From: an uncultured Planctomycetaceae bacterium
GTDB lineage: Bacteria; Planctomycetota; Planctomycetia; Isosphaerales; Isosphaeraceae
Assembly (NCBI GenBank): GCA_963833985.1
Contig: CAWIAD010000002.1
Span: forward strand, 4,128,001 to 4,192,000
Direction of reading: 5' to 3'
DNA: 64,000 nt
Numbering within the stretch: the stretch's first letter is position 1; every line of letters begins with the position of its first letter. Below, piece after piece: positions 20,472-29,932 of the stretch. A program made the position numbers and the translations under genes. Under the pieces are notes generated by a model. The model saw only the letters and a list, made by a program, of their open reading frames with translations, searched no databases and was not told where the DNA came from.

Positions 20472-22192
20472 GGAGCTTCCTCCCGCGCGTCGAACGCTTC
20501 CACGAGGCCGATGAATGCGTCCTCGAGGGTCGGCTCGTCGGCGTCGCCGGACCGCGCCGCCCCCTTCAAGTCGTCCGGCGAACCGCTGGCGATCACCTGC
20601 CCCTTGTAGACCAGGGCGATGCGGTCGCAGTACTCCGCCTCGTCCAGGAAGTGGGTCGTGACCAGCACCGTGACGCCGCGCTCCACCATGGCGTTGATGT
20701 GCGACCAGAACTCACGGCGTGTGAGCGGATCCACGCCGCTGGTCGGCTCGTCCAGGAACAACACTAGCGGGTCATGCAGGACGGCGCATGCCAGCGCCAG
20801 GCGCTGCTTGAAGCCCTGCGGCAAGGTTCCCGCGTTCACTCCCAGGTAGGGATCAAGATCGAAGGCCTCGACCAGCCGCTCGATGGCGCCCCGTCGCTGC
20901 GCCGGCCAGCCCGTACACGCCCGCGAAGAACTCCAGGTTCTGACGCGCGCTGAGATCTCCGTAGAGGGAGAATTTCTGGGCCATGTAGCCAAGCTGCGCG
21001 CGGGCGGTACCGCCGCAGCGATACAGGTCCTGTCCGGCCACATGCGCGTGGCCCGAAGTGGGCCGGAGCAGCCCGCAGAGCATCTTGAACGAGGTGGACT
21101 TCCCTGCCCCGTTGGGCCCGAGCAGGCCGAAGATCTCGCCCTGCCCGATGCGGAAGGAGATGTCGCGCGCGGCCGTGAACGAGCCGAAGCGCTTGGTCAG
21201 TCCTTCAGCCTCGACCATCGCGAATCCGCGCGGCACCGGCGGCCTGCTTCGCCCCGAGAGCGGAGACTCGTCCCTGGAGACTCCGCCAAGCAGATCGACG
21301 AACGCATCCTCGAACCGCGCTGCGGTTGGCACCAGCTCGGCGCCCGGAGCCCCCAGCGCGGTGAGGTCGGGCGGACGACTCGCGTCCGCGACGACCAGCC
21401 GCACGCTCTGGCCCTGGATCACCCCGTCGATGACTTCCGGCCGCCGAACCGCCCGGGCAAGCACGCGCCTCCGCTGCTGCGCTCCGCGAACCAGGTAGGT
21501 GCGGCCCGAGACCCGGGCCGTCAGCTCGTCTGGAGGTCCGGCGAAAAGCAAACGCCCCCGGTCCAGCGCCAGCACCGACTGGCAACGCTCCGCCTCGTCG
21601 AGGTACGCCGTGCTCCAGACCACCCCGATTCCCTGCTCGACAAGCTCGTAAACCAGCCGCCAGAGCTCCCTTCGCGAGATCGGGTCAACCCCGACGCTCG
21701 GCTCATCCAGCAGCAGCAGCCTCGGGGTATGTACCAGGGCGCAGGCCAGCCCCAGCTTCTGCTTCATACCGCCGGAGAGCCTGCCCGCCAGCCGGTCGGT
21801 GAATGGTCCCAGGCTGGTGAATGCCAGCAGGCGTTCGGTGGTACGCGCCCTGCGCGGCCCACGACGCCGCGCAGATCGGCATGGAACGCGAGGTTCTCGG
21901 CGACGGACAGATCCTCGTAGAGGCCGAACCGCTGTGGCATGTAGCTGACGGCCTGCCGCAACGCGGGAAGCTCCGTCAGCGTACTGTAGCCGCACACCCG
22001 GATGGTCCCCTCGGTTGGCAGCAGCAAGCCCGCCATGATCCGCATCAGGGTCGTCTTGCCGGCCCCGTCGGGCCCGACCAGTCCCGTGACCCGGCCGGGC
22101 TCGACCTGAAACTCCAGGCCATCCAGCGCCACGGTCCCATCCTCGAACCGCCTCATCAACCGATCTGACAGCACCAGCGGCGTGGCAGTCAT
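20468..22192 (-). CDS. Dual-domain ABC ATPase (YbhF-like), frameshifts near 21860 and 20900
   Basis: GPDGAGKTT, YMPQRFGLYEDL, LSGGMKQKL, LDEPSVGVDP; GPNGAGKST, FLDEPTSGVDP spread over three frames. Confidence 0.88.
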
Positions 22193-23364
22193 CGCGCCGC
22201 AGCCCCCTGCTCCAGCGGCAGCCGCACGGTGACGGGCATTCCCTGACGGAGACTCCCATCGGGATCCTCCACGACCACGCGCACCCGGTACACCAGGCGG
22301 GTCCTGAGCTCCAGCGTCTCGACGGACTTGGGAGTGAACTCGGCCGTGGGCGAGACGAAGCCCACGTGGCCGCGGTAGGTCCGGCCCGCAGCGCCGTCGG
22401 TCGTCACCTCCACCACGGCTCCGGGCGGAACGCGGCCCAGGTCGAGCTCGGAAACGTACGTCCGCACCCAGACCGGGCTGGTGAGGGTGAGCGTGAACAC
22501 GATCTCGCCGGGCTGCACAATCGCCCCGGCCTCCCGGGCCCGCGTGAGGATGATGCCGGCGGCCGGCGCGATCAGGCGGCTGTCTGCCAGCCGGCGTTCG
22601 GCCTGCGCCACGGCGACCTCCCCGGCTCGAAGCTGGGCCCGGGATGCGTCGATGTCCTCGCGCCGCGGGCCGATCACCGCCAGCCGCAAGGCCTCCCGGG
22701 CCGTCTGGCAACGCGCCTCGGCTTCCCTGCATGCGGCGCTGGCGTTGTCGTACTCCTCGCGCGTCACGGCGCCTCGCTGCACCAGGCTTTCCCGGCGCCT
22801 GAGGACTTGCCTGGCGTTCTCCAGGGCGATCTCGCGCTCGGCGAGCGCGGCCCGTGCCTCGCTGATCTCCTCGGGCCTCGATCCGTGCTCGAACCGCTCG
22901 AGCACCGCCTGCTGGTTATCGCGGCGCGCTCGGGCCATCCGCAGCTCGTCCTCGAAGTAACGGAGATCCAGCGTGGCCAGGACCTGCGCGGCCTGGACGC
23001 TGTCGCCCTCGTCCACCGCCACGGTGTCAATCCGGCCATCAACCTTGAAGCCAAGATTCACCTGGCGAACGTCGATGTTCCCTTGCAGCACCAGCCGGCC
23101 TTCGGCCTGGCGCACTGGTGGGAGGCCGAGAAAGCCTCCCACGTTGAAGGCATACCCGGCACCCGCGCCGGCAAGCACGGCAACCAGCAACGGAATAAGA
23201 CGACGCCGGAGACGGCCTCCCATTCCTGCGGCCGCGGGCCGCGCGTTCGTGGGCGGCGGTTCAGTCCGTGCACCGTTGCGCTCCCGCAGGACGGTTCCTG
23301 GCGGCATATCCGGTCGTGGGGCGGCTTCCCCCTGACGCTGCTGCGCTGTCGAGGAGTGGAACAT
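22189..23364 (-). CDS. HlyD-family membrane fusion protein (YbhG-like)
   Basis: LQGNIDVRQVNLGFKVDGRI, GSRPEEI, AEFTPKSVETLELRTRLVYRVR. Confidence 0.9.
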   Translation of the reverse strand: MFHSSTAQQRQGEAAPRPDMPPGTVLRERNGARTEPPPTNARPAAAGMGGRLRRRLIPLLVAVLAGAGAGYAFNVGGFLGLPPVRQAEGRLVLQGNIDVRQVNLGFKVDGRIDTVAVDEGDSVQAAQVLATLDLRYFEDELRMARARRDNQQAVLERFEHGSRPEEISEARAALAEREIALENARQVLRRRESLVQRGAVTREEYDNASAACREAEARCQTAREALRLAVIGPRREDIDASRAQLRAGEVAVAQAERRLADSRLIAPAAGIILTRAREAGAIVQPGEIVFTLTLTSPVWVRTYVSELDLGRVPPGAVVEVTTDGAAGRTYRGHVGFVSPTAEFTPKSVETLELRTRLVYRVRVVVEDPDGSLRQGMPVTVRLPLEQGAAAR

Positions 23365-23441
23365 GGAACCTCGCCTTTCGTGAAAGATCGGCGGCTCCGG
23401 ACACTCGCATCGGGCGGAGCCGCGCTGGGCAGCGTGTGGCC

Positions 23442-24137
23442 TCAGTTCGCTTTCCGCTTGCGCTTCCGCGCGGGATGGTGGCGGGTAGCCGCGGTCTCGC
23501 GGGGCTCACGATCGTCGGCGGCCAGCCCACGCAAGATGAGCTCCACGTGACAGCGCACGAGCGCCCGCACGTCCAGCGGCCTGGCATCGAATTGTCCCAG
23601 TGAGTGCTTCCAGAGGGCGGAGAACAGGAACGGGGCGATGATGCAATAGACCGCGTGCTCAACGTCGAACTCGCGGAACTCGCCGGATTCGATGCCCTTG
23701 CGCAACAGGGAGGCCAGCAGGCGCCGGGCACGGCCGATCACCTCCTCCAGGTAGAACTCCGCCAGCTCCGGGAAGTTGCTCGCCTCGGCGATCACGAGCT
23801 TGGGCAGTGCCGAGAGCTTCGTCTCGTAGACTCCCTCGAACAACGCCGCGACCTTCACGAGCAGCTCCGAAACCGGACCAGGCTCCTGTGCCGCCGCCTC
23901 GAACTGGTCAATGGCCGGCACCACGAAGCCCCGCACCACGGCCTTGAAGAGCTCTTCCTTACCCTTGAAATAAAGATAGGCCGTCCCCTTCGTGACCCCC
24001 GCCCGCGCCGCCACGTCCTCGAGCCGCGTGGCGGCGAAGCCGCGCTCGGCGAAGCAATCGAGGGCGGCCTCCAGGATCTCTCCCGGCCGTGCGTCCTTGC
24101 GCCGCCGCCAGCGAACCGCCGGGCCGGGCGCCGTCAT
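23442..24137 (-). CDS. TetR/AcrR family regulator
   Basis: RRKDARPGEILEAALDCFAERGFAATRLEDVAARAGVTKGTAYLYFKGKEELF. Confidence 0.92.
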   Translation of the reverse strand: MTAPGPAVRWRRRKDARPGEILEAALDCFAERGFAATRLEDVAARAGVTKGTAYLYFKGKEELFKAVVRGFVVPAIDQFEAAAQEPGPVSELLVKVAALFEGVYETKLSALPKLVIAEASNFPELAEFYLEEVIGRARRLLASLLRKGIESGEFREFDVEHAVYCIIAPFLFSALWKHSLGQFDARPLDVRALVRCHVELILRGLAADDREPRETAATRHHPARKRKRKAN

Positions 24138-24250
24138 GAGTGCATCTCCCTCAAATTACTTACCGTCCAGTTATTAATAGTATAGGAGACTGCGACCGGA
24201 GAGCAAGACAGGGGCCTGGCTTTCACCGAGGCGCCAAACACGGACGTGGG

Positions 24251-24736
24251 TCAGAACGGCGGGGGTGGACGATGAACCAGGAAGAGAGCGGCGATCAGAC
24301 CCGCTCCTACGACGTGCAGCAAGATGATCAGTGTGGCCACGCCGTAGATCGTCTGCATGCCTTCGTCGGGGCGCTCGCCGTTCTTGAGGATCTGGCTGGT
24401 CACCACCGAGCAGACCCAGTTCCAGTGCAGCATCACGTGCACGAGGATGCCGACGGCGAAGACGCAAAGTGAGGCGAACTGGATGTCGCGGAGCTGGTCG
24501 TACGAGAGTCCAAGAAGGCTCCAACCAGCGGCCAGGGTGGGCGGAGGAAATATGAACTGGAGCGTTGCCGAGATCCAGCCCAGCAGCAGGAACGCCCCCA
24601 GGATCGTGGCGTCGAGCCAGAAGTTGATCACCGACATCGAAACCCGCCGCCTGGCCCGGGGCGGATTGGTCGCGGCTTGCCTCGCAGCCGCCTTCGCAGC
24701 GTCGGCCGCGGCGCTGGTCTTCAGTGGAGTCGTCAT
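24251..24736 (-). CDS. DUF4405-like membrane protein
   Basis: INFWLD, three TM helices, LVHVMLHWNWV motif. Confidence 0.7.
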   Translation of the reverse strand: MTTPLKTSAAADAAKAAARQAATNPPRARRRVSMSVINFWLDATILGAFLLLGWISATLQFIFPPPTLAAGWSLLGLSYDQLRDIQFASLCVFAVGILVHVMLHWNWVCSVVTSQILKNGERPDEGMQTIYGVATLIILLHVVGAGLIAALFLVHRPPPPF

Positions 24737-25153
24737 CGTCACGAGATGTCCAGAATGCCGGCGGGTCGGGCACCAGACCGTTCTGGTGGCCGCTCTCGAT
24801 GCCAGGCCTCTCACTTCTTTTGTATTCCAAGCTCGTCCCACTCGCAACGAGCATTCTGCTTCTGAAGGCTTGAAATTCAGAGAACGCCTCGTTAACTTCG
24901 GGCAAGAGCCCTGAGTCTGAGCCTGACTCCACGACGGAGGGAGTGGGTCTGAGTTACGGGGTGGTGCCTTTTCGGCCCACCGCGTGGGCCGGGTAGACGG
25001 TGCGCCAGGCGTCGATAACGCCGTCCGCGGCCCTTCCGAACAGAGACCGCGGCAAGACATCGCTCGTCCGACTTGACTGGTTCTGACTTCCGAGCGGGGT
25101 TGCCGGCGCTGGCTGCCTCCATCTTGCATCGTTTCGATCAGAGAGGCTTACAC

Positions 25154-26299
25154 GTGAGGGATCGTATCGCGATCGGAGTGGCCATCGGCCACCTGGCGTT
25201 GATGGCCGCCGGATGCGCACGGTTGCCGGAGCCCAGCTTCACCATCAGCACCCAGACACAGAAGCTGAAACCCGAGTTCCAGACCCAGATCGCCCGCATC
25301 CTCGGTATGCGCTGCGGCCGGCCGCTGGCCCCAAAACTGCTGGGCGCGACCGGGCCGAACGCGACGCCGGCCCATCTCAAACGCGGGGCCGAGCTTTACG
25401 CCCGGTATTGCGTGCAATGCCACGGCATCAACGGCGACGGCAACGGCGTGGCCGCAGTCTACCTGAACCCGAAGCCCAGGAACTACACGCTGGGCATCTT
25501 CAAGTTCACCTCCACGACCTATGGCTCCAAGCCGCTCCGCGAAGACCTGATCCGCACCGTGCGACGGGGGATTCGCGGCACCTCGATGCCCGCGTTCCCC
25601 CTCCTCCCCCCGCGCGACCTGGAAGCCGTTGTCGATTACGTCCAGTCGCTCACCCGCCGTGGCGAGCTGGAAACCAAGCTCGCCGAGCAGGCCGAGTTCG
25701 ATGAGCAGATCGACGAGGCGAAGGTACCCGAGCTGGTCTCGGACATCGCTGGCCGCTGGGACGCGGCGCGTGCCCATGTCGTCTATCCTGCCACGCCGAT
25801 GCCCACGTTCAAACGCTCGAACGTCGACCAGGGCAAGCAGGCGTTCCTGACCAAGGGCTGCGCCAAGTGCCACGGGGATGACGGCCGAGGCATGATGGCC
25901 TCGAACGTCGGTACGGACGCCTGGGGCAACCCCACGAAGGCCGCCGACCTGACCTCGGGAATGCTGCACGGCGGGACCGAACCGCTGGACATCTACCGAC
26001 ATATTGATTCGGGCATCAACGGAACGCCCATGCCGTCGTTCCGGGATACGCTCAAGACCGAGCCGGAGACCGTATGGAACCTGGTGTCCTACGTCCTCCA
26101 TGTCGTCGACATCCGCCGCGAGGGGACAATCCCGGATTCCGGGTTCCTGGAAGACGGTCTGCTCAAGACCCTCCCCGGCGTCCAGCCCGCGGCGCCTGCA
26201 ACGGCTCCCGCGGCCGCCCCAACGGCCGAGCGGTCCCGGCCGGCGGCGGAGCAGCCTCAACCCGTGCGGGTTCCTACGTCGTCCGTGGCCGCGCGTTAG
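25154..26299 (+). CDS. Di-heme c-type cytochrome lipoprotein
   Basis: Lipobox-like MAAGC; CVQCH...PKPRNYTLGIFKFTST...GTSMPAF; CAKCH...GTPMPSF. Confidence 0.88.
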   Translation: MRDRIAIGVAIGHLALMAAGCARLPEPSFTISTQTQKLKPEFQTQIARILGMRCGRPLAPKLLGATGPNATPAHLKRGAELYARYCVQCHGINGDGNGVAAVYLNPKPRNYTLGIFKFTSTTYGSKPLREDLIRTVRRGIRGTSMPAFPLLPPRDLEAVVDYVQSLTRRGELETKLAEQAEFDEQIDEAKVPELVSDIAGRWDAARAHVVYPATPMPTFKRSNVDQGKQAFLTKGCAKCHGDDGRGMMASNVGTDAWGNPTKAADLTSGMLHGGTEPLDIYRHIDSGINGTPMPSFRDTLKTEPETVWNLVSYVLHVVDIRREGTIPDSGFLEDGLLKTLPGVQPAAPATAPAAAPTAERSRPAAEQPQPVRVPTSSVAAR

Positions 26300-26360
26300 G
26301 CCACCGCGACCTCCTCTCTCGCAGACAACCCCATCGTTTGGCACAGCGCACGAGGGCTCC

Positions 26361-27029
26361 ATGACCATCGATCTGGAAACGAAGCTCCAGGAACTCGAAA
26401 GGCTCAAGGCCAGGGTTGAGGAGCTCGAAAACGAAATCCAGGCCGCACGATCCGGGCCCGGCTGGCGGGCCACGGGGTACTACTCGGCGTACTACGCCAC
26501 GGCGGGGTTCCTGCTGGGCAGCCTGGGCGCCATCGTCAGCCTGATCGTCAACATGCTGGGCGCTCCGCTGGCGGGCAAGAGCCCCCTGGAGCTGATCCGG
26601 GTGTACCTGACATTCCCTCTGGGTGAAAAGGCCCTCCAGCTCACTCAGGGACAGAACGCCTACGCCGTCAACGACCGGGTGATCGTGGCATTCGGCTGCT
26701 GCCTCTACCTGGCCACGGGCATGCTGCTGGGTATCCCCGTTTACATGGCCCTGGCGCGCTTCGCCGCCTCCGGCGGAATCATCAAGCGTCTGCTCATCGC
26801 CAGCGTCGTCTCGCTGCTCATCTGGGGAATCATGTTTTACGGGATCCTTTCCTGGGTCCAACCGCTACTGGTCGAGGGCGATCCCGGCAACTGGATCACC
26901 AACCCGGCCTTCCTCCCCTGGTGGGTTGCCGCGGCGACGCACCTGGTTTTTGGCTGGACCATCGCCCTGCTCTATCCGCTGGGAGAATACCATCCCTATC
27001 GCCGTCCCGTCTCCGCAACGGCGGCCTGA
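26361..27029 (+). CDS. Hypothetical membrane protein (coiled coil plus about 4 TM)
   Basis: GAGGG RBS; MTIDLETKLQELERLK; hydrophobic helices; THLVFGW. Confidence 0.75.
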   Translation: MTIDLETKLQELERLKARVEELENEIQAARSGPGWRATGYYSAYYATAGFLLGSLGAIVSLIVNMLGAPLAGKSPLELIRVYLTFPLGEKALQLTQGQNAYAVNDRVIVAFGCCLYLATGMLLGIPVYMALARFAASGGIIKRLLIASVVSLLIWGIMFYGILSWVQPLLVEGDPGNWITNPAFLPWWVAAATHLVFGWTIALLYPLGEYHPYRRPVSATAA

Positions 27030-27071
27030 GAGCCGCCCGGCGAAAGACGGTGACGGCGCAGCTACGTTCAT

Positions 27072-28523
27072 ATGTCCGAATGTTTTCATCCATCCTGCCA
27101 CTGTGAGGCTACGACCTTGGAAAAAGAACTGCCGCGCCACGAAGACCTGGTGGACGAGCGCCTGGTCTACTGGCACTTCATGGCCGCTCTGATCTTCATG
27201 GGCGCTTCCATGCTGGGCGGACTGCTGATGGCCCTCCAGCTGCTGCGTCTGAATCCCTTCTCGGGAATCGAGCTGCTCTCCCCCGGCCGCTGGCGGATGA
27301 TCCACACCAACGCCATCGCCTATGGTTTCATCGCAAATGCGTTCCTGGGCGGCCTCCAGTGGATCGTCCCGCGTCTCACCCTGCGGACGGTGTACAACCC
27401 GAAGCTTCCCGTGCTGAACATCGGGCTTTCCTGGGCGATCTTCTGGGCCTGGCAGTTCGTGGTCGCCGCCACCGCCGTGGGCCTGCTGCTCGGCCAGGCT
27501 CAGGCGCTGGAGTGGGGAGAGACGCCGGTCTGGATCGATCCGGTCGCCCAGCTCGGGCTCCTGCTGGTGGCGATCAACTACATCCCGCCGATCGCCAAGG
27601 TGGAGGGACCGCTGTACGTGACGCTCTGGTACTTCCTGGCCTCGTTCGTCTGGACCTTCCTGACCTACGCCATGGGAAACTTCATGCCGCAGTACTTCGT
27701 CTCCGGCACGGCCGCGGGCGCGGTGGGCGGCCTGTTCATCCACGACCTGGTCGGACTGTTCGTCACGCCGCTGGGCTGGGGCCTGATGTACTACTTCGTG
27801 CCAATCCTCCTCAAGAAGCCGATCTGGAGCCATGGGCTGTCGCTTGTCGGCTTCTGGGGCCTGGCCTTCTTCTACCCGCTCCAGGGAATTCACCACTTCC
27901 TGTACACGCCGATCCCCATGTTCCTTCAGTATGGCGCGGTGATCTCCACCATCGCCCTGGAGCTCGTGGTCGCCACCGTCATCTTCAACTTCCACGCGAC
28001 CCTGCGCGGCTCGACCGGAGCACTGGTCACGAACCTGCCGATCCGCTGGTTTTACACGGGAATGCTCTTTTACTTCCTGACCTGCCTGCAATGCGCCTTT
28101 CAGGTCACGTTGACGTTCCAGCAGCTCATCCATTTCACCGACTGGGTTGTGGGGCATGCTCATATGGTGATGTTCGGCGTCTTCGCCATGTGGCAGCTGG
28201 GCATGATGACTTACCTCATTCCCCGCATTCTCAAGACTCCCTGGTACAGCCAGCGGCTGCTGGAGTGGCACTACTGGCTCTCGGCCCTGGGCATCGGACT
28301 CATGGCCGCCGACCTGATCATCCTGGGCGTGTTCCAGGGGCTCTCCTGGTCATCGCTCATGCCGTGGGAGCATTCGGTGGATATCTCGTTCCCGTTCTGG
28401 GCGGTGCGGACCGTGGCCGGGCTGATGATGATCGCTGGCTACCTCGTCTTTGTTGTCAACATCGTGCAGACCTACCTCAGCTCCAGGCCGGCGCCCCATG
28501 CCGCGGCCGTCGCGGCCGTCTGA
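27072..28523 (+). CDS. ccoN: cbb3-type (C-family) heme-copper oxidase subunit I
   Basis: About 12 TM; RMIHTNA, IHDLVGLF, GLMYYFVP, FFYPLQGIHHFLY, HFTDWVVGHAH. Confidence 0.88.
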   Translation: MSECFHPSCHCEATTLEKELPRHEDLVDERLVYWHFMAALIFMGASMLGGLLMALQLLRLNPFSGIELLSPGRWRMIHTNAIAYGFIANAFLGGLQWIVPRLTLRTVYNPKLPVLNIGLSWAIFWAWQFVVAATAVGLLLGQAQALEWGETPVWIDPVAQLGLLLVAINYIPPIAKVEGPLYVTLWYFLASFVWTFLTYAMGNFMPQYFVSGTAAGAVGGLFIHDLVGLFVTPLGWGLMYYFVPILLKKPIWSHGLSLVGFWGLAFFYPLQGIHHFLYTPIPMFLQYGAVISTIALELVVATVIFNFHATLRGSTGALVTNLPIRWFYTGMLFYFLTCLQCAFQVTLTFQQLIHFTDWVVGHAHMVMFGVFAMWQLGMMTYLIPRILKTPWYSQRLLEWHYWLSALGIGLMAADLIILGVFQGLSWSSLMPWEHSVDISFPFWAVRTVAGLMMIAGYLVFVVNIVQTYLSSRPAPHAAAVAAV

Positions 28524-28585
28524 TCCCGATCACCCTGACTCGCCCCTGAAGAACGTGCCTCAACGCCCGAGGATGCAATAGAGCC

Positions 28586-29287
28586 ATGTTGGAATCAAAA
28601 ACGGGAGTCCTGTTCATTGCCGGCATCGGCTTCTTCGCCCTCGCGTTTCTGTCCAACGCGATCGTGCCGGTGCTCATGTATCGCGATCTGCCGGAGCAGA
28701 ACGTCGAGCAACTGCTCCGGAACAACGGTAACCTCAGGTTCCAGTTCGAGGACCTGGCGCGGCGGTTTCCGGACAGCTTCACCGCTGCGTATGGCCGGCC
28801 CCCCGAAGACACCAGGTCACGCGAGCAGTGGCTCGAGGCCAGGAGCCAGGAAGCCCTCCAGCTCGGTCACGATGTCTACGTCGCCGAGGCCTGCTGGCAC
28901 TGCCATAGCCAGTTCGTCCGCCCCGTCTCCAACGAGGAGCGGAGGTTCGGCCCCGTCTCCAGGACCGAGGAATACCAGAACGTGCTCCAGCGGCCCGTGC
29001 TCTTCGGAACCCGGCGGGTCGGGCCCGATCTCAGTCGCGAAGGGGGGCGGCGGTCCAACGACTGGCACGCCGTGCACTTCTTCAAGCCCACCACGCTCTC
29101 CATCGGCTCACCCATGCCTGAGTATCCCTGGCTGTTCAATAACGCACCGGACAAGCCCAACGCCAAGGGCCTGGCGCTCATCACCTACGTGCAATGGCTC
29201 GGATCGTGGCTGGAGAGCTATCCCTACTACGAGGACTACCAGCCGTCGCCGGTGCACGGCCTGGCCGAGAAGGGAAAGGATCAATGA
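28586..29287 (+). CDS. ccoO: cbb3-type oxidase subunit II (mono-heme)
   Basis: GHDVYVAEACWHCHSQFVRP, LFGTRRVGPDLSREGG, SPMPEYPWL. Confidence 0.92.
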   Translation: MLESKTGVLFIAGIGFFALAFLSNAIVPVLMYRDLPEQNVEQLLRNNGNLRFQFEDLARRFPDSFTAAYGRPPEDTRSREQWLEARSQEALQLGHDVYVAEACWHCHSQFVRPVSNEERRFGPVSRTEEYQNVLQRPVLFGTRRVGPDLSREGGRRSNDWHAVHFFKPTTLSIGSPMPEYPWLFNNAPDKPNAKGLALITYVQWLGSWLESYPYYEDYQPSPVHGLAEKGKDQ

Positions 29288-29598
29288 CCATGCAACCCGC
29301 CGTCAACCAGCCCAGGGCGACCACCCGCTCCCAGGTGCTCACGACCGTCGGCTTCGCACTCTTGCTACTGGTGCCCAGCGTGCTTGGCTTCGCCAACAAG
29401 TTCCGCGAGCTGGTCCTGCTGTCGCGCAGTGGCGTCGAGGGCATCTTCGCCGTCACCCCCGTCGTGAACTACCTGCTGGCCAGCCTGGGGTTCTTCTGCC
29501 TCTTCTTCTGGGCCATTTATCACGGCATGTTCCGCGACATCGAGGCTCCCAAGTTCACCATGCTCGAGAACGAGCGAAAGCTCGACTCCGATGAATAA
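29284..29598 (+). CDS. Small membrane protein with a CcoS-like C-terminus
   Basis: ATGA overlap with ccoO; two TM; FFWAIYHGMFRDIEAPKFTML resembles the CcoS W..GQF.D.E.P motif. Confidence 0.55.
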   Translation: MTMQPAVNQPRATTRSQVLTTVGFALLLLVPSVLGFANKFRELVLLSRSGVEGIFAVTPVVNYLLASLGFFCLFFWAIYHGMFRDIEAPKFTMLENERKLDSDE

Positions 29599-29659
29599 GA
29601 GACCCGCGCCGCGCGCGGCAACTGCCCGTACCGTATCAGTGTATGAGGATTCTTGCGCC

Positions 29660-29932
29660 ATGGCCCAATCGACCCACAAACCGCCCCACGAGCACGTCTC
29701 GCCCACCGGCGGCGACCCGTCCGCGATGGCCGATGAGCTGCTGGTCATCGGCGGTGCCGTGCCCTTCGACAAGACAGGCCCCGAGGAAGAGAGCCGCTAC
29801 CACGACTACACGGGCAATGCCATCCCCTGGTTCGTGCGCGGCGTCTGGATCATCTTCTGGTGCTATGCTATCACCTACGTCGTGCTCTGGCTGCTGCCGG
29901 CACTCCAGTCGGAATTGCTGTCGCCACCATGA
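29660..29932 (+). CDS. Small membrane protein resembling the CcoP N-terminal helix
   Basis: RYHDYTGNAIPWFVRGVWIIFWCYAITYV; no CxxCH; stop overlaps the ATPase start. Confidence 0.5.
   Translation: MAQSTHKPPHEHVSPTGGDPSAMADELLVIGGAVPFDKTGPEEESRYHDYTGNAIPWFVRGVWIIFWCYAITYVVLWLLPALQSELLSPP

Noticed and set aside
24740..25150. FNR box upstream of the cbb3 cluster
   Set aside because: No TTGAT-N4-ATCAA match seen.
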